NCBI GenBank assembly: GCA_905178155.1
Contig: CAJINV010000009.1
Coordinates: 1,110,692-1,174,691, forward strand
Direction of reading: 5' to 3'
Source of the DNA: Amoebophrya sp. A120
Lineage: Eukaryota; Protista; Dinoflagellata
Length of the DNA stretch: 64,000 bases
The notes beneath the pieces were generated by a model, which was not told where the DNA came from, did no database searches, and saw only the letters and a list, made by a program, of their open reading frames with translations. A program made the position numbers and the translations under genes. Positions 60,106-64,000 of the stretch are shown here, one piece after another. Each line of letters starts with the position of its first letter. The stretch's first letter is position 1.

Positions 60106-62530
60106 TTAATAGCCGTAGCCCCCCCCGTATCCGTCCTGGTCTCCACCCACGTACCAATCATCGTCGTCGCCGTCGCCGCCACCGAAAAATCCATTGCAGT
60201 AAAGAACGGCAAGGCCCCCGATGAGCACCACGCAGGCTGCGACCACGAGCAAAATTGTCGTGGAGCTGCCCCCTTCATCCGTAGCAGTGCCCGTCCCGCC
60301 CAAGAGCGGATCAGACTTCACCAGATCTTGGAGATTCTCCTCCTCGTACGTCTTTATCAAGAGGAAAAACTCCTCCTCCCCATTTCAAAACGAAATTTAT
60401 TCTGATGCTGGATTTGGATACACAAACCAAACCTGTGTTGCAGTAGAGGACCGCAAGCAGATCCTAAGCTTAGGCATGGCCCTTTCGGTGTACGCACCTA
60501 GCATGGTAGACGGCTACACTGTAGGCCTTACATCAGTACAAATCGCCTGCATGACGTAGCGGACAGCCTGCGTGTCGTGCCTTCTTGCAAGACAGACCCG
60601 ATTTGTGGCCACAAATCTCCATCACAATTTTCCAGACGAGTGCGTTTTCAATATGGAGAGGGGGGATCTTTCCTTGCAATAGTCTTCTGCTGAGTTTCCC
60701 AGGCCAGGATAGTCATTGGGTCCATCACCTCCGTTTTGTTGAACTTGTGTTTCACGATCACCATCCAGTTTCCGACTGCCTGCCCGGCCAGGTCTTCGAA
60801 GTCAACGTCGCATGTTTTGTACAAATCGAAACCCCCTCGTCCTCCGGAAACCTGTCCAGATTCGGAACCCTCCGCCTCTTCCAGATCGTAGGCCTGCGAG
60901 TGGAAGTCCAAGTCAATCACAGTGCCGTAGCAACGCGGGTTGTTCAGGCAGGAGTTAAACATGGATTTCCAAGTGGGCCGCCAACAGTGCCCACTTGGGT
61001 CGCTGCACGTTCCCCTTTCCCATTGTTTTTTGAAGGTGTCCGTGTTCGCGAAATTTGTGCACCTCGACCCCCGCGTCCATTGCCACTCAAAGCTCCATTC
61101 GCTCGCAGTTTGCTCCATCAACGACCGCATCGTCACTGACTGCGCAATCAGCAATTGGTTCACATAGACGTAGTTCTTGTCCTGGTTCTGAAAGCGCGCC
61201 TTTACTGCGTCCTGTTCCCACCGAGTCAGGAACGGCGTCCTGTCCTTGCAATGCTCACGAAAAGTGTCGGTGTCCTTGTTCGAACCGGTGCAACAAAAAA
61301 GCGGCAAAAATTTGACGGTTTCCTCCGTTTTGTACGAGATTTGAAGGTGCGTAGTTGGAAACCCCTCGTCATCTGTAGTTGTTAGTAGATGAATAGTAGG
61401 GTAGTCGGAGCGTGTGCTTCAAAAGCTTCCCCTAAATCAAAAATTCTCTGATAGATACTTCTGAGCATCGATTCTGTCTCATCTTCAAGCATTTGACAGC
61501 CCAAAGAAACTTTCGAAAGGCAGTCCTGCTGCACACGATTTCGGCAGCAGTATGCTCCGGCTTTGCCAAAGAGAAGCCGAACAGCCTAGGGAAAAATGAT
61601 GATTAGTTCGAGCGTGGCTCGGCGCTACTCCCTCCTCCGACGCGCGGCAGGAATAGCCTGCCCTGATACCCTAGTGGTAACGTCGTAGGGAAAAATGTAA
61701 ATCGCCCAGAAGAAAAAAAACTATAGTCGAAGCTGAAAGATAGTGATTTATTCATATCAGTACTGTTTAGTTAAGCACTGTCAAGAAGCACTGCTGCTAG
61801 CTTTGGCGTAACAGAATCCAGAATATACTTGTAGGCCACTGTCGCACCCACTCATCATCAACCTTCGCCCAGGGTGCGATCTCCTCCTTCGTGTAAGACT
61901 GCTCGTCGACCAAACCTGTCCACCCAAAAAGAGTCGTCTGCTCTTCAAGGAGAAGTGCCTCCCACAGGTGCGTTTGTTGCAAAAAGCATACTACAAATCG
62001 AAATCGTGCGGGGCATGCTACAGAGAGCACGCAAAACACTCTACGTGTGCGTTATATCTATGGATGCCTATGTCCCAATCTAGAACTGGGAGGCCCATCG
62101 AACAAACGCAGTTTCACTTCCAAAAGGCACTTGCGTCATCACGGCCGGCTAATACGGAGTTCATTTTGCATCTACTCGGCTTCAACATCTTCATGCTTCT
62201 TCTGACTATACGGATTTCCTTCCCTGCTGCATCAACATTAGCCCTGTGAGTACAAGACAAAATCACGTCACCTGGGGAGCCTTTCCACGAGGATAAGCCA
62301 AATTGTCGCCATTGCAGTAGCCATAAGTCGCCCCCACCGTGTCGACTGCGTCCCACCCGCCTTGGAGCCAATTTCTCCCACCGTACTTGAACGGACCCTG
62401 CCGACACCGGAGCTCCCGCAGCTGACCCACCTCCATACAGGGAGCAACTTTGTCTCCAGTCATGCAGTCGTTTGGTATCGCAGCGGAGAGCCTCGCATCT
62501 AGATCATGCTTATCGTTGGCATGGCATTAC
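60106..62530 (-). CDS. Putative type I membrane protein: Cys/Trp-rich ectodomain, single TM, short acidic G/Y tail; 5' end unresolved
   Basis: Exons about 62270-62530, 61829-61970, 60682-61372 and 60106-60349. GT-AG intron 61373..61828. TM ILLVVAACVVLIGGLAVLYC then GDGDDDDWYVGGDQDGYGGGYGY*. Confidence 0.6.
60355..60681. mobile_element. MITE-like introner: about 39-nt inverted repeats and a perfect 5-nt direct repeat
   Basis: TATCAAGAGGAAAAACTCCTCCTCCCCAT-TTCAAAACG versus revcomp TATTGCAAGGAAAGATCCCCCCTCTCCATATTGAAAACG (28/39). GTCTT at 60350-60354 and 60682-60686. Confidence 0.85.
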
Positions 62531-63753
62531 GCTCCTGTCGAACAGAACGCGAGACAAACATGAAAAAGCGAAGGAACGAAAACTACAACGATCCCGGCAA
62601 AAACGGTATATGTGCGTCACTTAAAAACATCTTTGCTTCCTCGATGAGATTGAAAGCGCCTTGTGGTCTTGTATGGATGTACACGTATCCAGCTGTTGAG
62701 GCCAAAGTAAGTGATCTAGAAGCAGGAAAGTCTTTTTGATACTGACTGCCTCGTCCCTCTCGATCCCGGCCTTGGCTTGGTCGCACGGACTGCAGCTACC
62801 GCACTCTGCTGCTTCTGCAGTTCCGAAACGAGCTTCATTTCTCTGCAGTGCTATCGGAAAAAAAAATACTGCCTAGCCCTTTTTTAGTTTCTATTTTAGT
62901 CCACCGACATTGTTCATCCCTCGGTCTACAACTTCATTGCTATTGCGGTACGGGTACCGATCGAGATGCATGTGCCTGTGCGTGCCTCTTGGTTGCATAA
63001 ATAATACCTGCGCTAGCCAATAGGTGGAATAGGTTAGAAATACCTGGCCCGGGGGGGCGACTTAGGCTTGGCTTTTGAAATGTCAACTAGTCACCTCGGA
63101 TTTTACAGGTGATGAGATGAAAATGGCCCCTTCACAGATGCGGAGATACGGTCTGCGAGGACGAGAAGAACGAGAAGGAATGCATACTTATGTGTGAGTT
63201 GATGAAAGGCTACAGCACTCGAGGGACAAGACCGCATTTCTTGTTCCGATAGACGCAGATTCTGGTGCAGCGCGCCGCGTATTCTGGATTGCGATTGCGT
63301 CTTGCTCCGCAGTGGCGTTTTGATATACAGGAAACTATTGTGCTGAAAAGCGTCTCATTTCCTCCTTCGCGAAATACGACGAACATGACCAGTGTCATGC
63401 TACTTATCCAATGCCACTGCAGTGGCTGTCTGAGGAAGCTGAAAATCATGCGTGGTTGGCTTGACCACACAGCCTACAAATCAATGCGGTAAGAGTCCGG
63501 GCGATAGCAATTGAAGGCAAGAATCCGTGGCTAGCCTTCGGATGAAAGAATGAATGCGTTATTCGTGACATCTTCAAATAAGTACGTACAACCAATCTGA
63601 AGTAATTGCTTCCCAGCTTTTCAGCAGAGTGAAGCGGTATCTATTGTATGAAGATCGCGCCCGGAGGGCGATATTGGTAACCAAATGCGTGCGCGAAAAT
63701 CTAACCAGCGCGAAAGCCAAACCAGCCGCGCGGCGAAAGCGCGGCCCGCGCTG

Positions 63754-63873
63754 CCACCACCATTTCTTTTAATTAGAATCCCACTTCTTCTTTTAGTTCG
63801 AATCCCACTTCTTCTTTTAATTAGAATCCCATTAATTAGAATCCCACCACCATTTCTTTTAATTAGAATCCCA
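63754..63873. repeat. Minisatellite, 5 units of 27/24/24/15/27 nt ending TTAATTAGAATC
   Basis: All unit lengths are multiples of 3. The minus strand reads GILIKR(N/R)(GG/S) repeats in ORF 63621..63917. Confidence 0.85.
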
Positions 63874-64000
63874 ACACATAGACTAGGGTCCACGTGTGTC
63901 GCTGGCTTCCAGAACATGGCCGCGGCCGGGTGGGATGTCAGTCGACGCCGCTAGTTTTAGTGCGCATAGGTTGAAAGTAAGTCTCGCCATCTATCGCGGG

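Noticed and set aside
60390-60640. Protein-like frames inside the 60355-60681 element
   Set aside because: Short, broken by stops and with no transposase motif. Clean excision explains the host gene better.

Overview
Eukaryotic genomic DNA, most likely from a parasitic alveolate of the Amoebophrya/Syndiniales type. This is an inference from gene architecture, not a database match. Every gene I can support lies on the minus strand. Recognisable genes: NEMP1/TMEM194-like, RSPH9, KATNIP-like (DUF4457), a large LRR protein, a PKD2/polycystin-like channel, cyclophilin, RPLP2, a CREST-like membrane protein, and a frameshifted region with up to three tandem TMBIM/Bax-inhibitor-1 domains. There are also several hypothetical or surface-protein genes. 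The main signal is a family of MITE-like elements of about 215-550 nt that sit inside coding sequence. Their terminal inverted repeats begin TAT(Y)..GAAAAA..CCCC and they have 5-nt direct repeats. Removing an element plus one direct repeat restores the reading frame, yet the junction is not GT-AG, so they look like non-canonical introner introns. I find two clean copies and four decayed ones. The ordinary GT-AG introns mostly start GTAT/GTAC and lack +5G, which may link them to the same elements. The right third of the window has many 1-2 nt frameshifts at homopolymers, probably assembly errors, so models there are tentative. All exon models are read by eye, with no RNA evidence.
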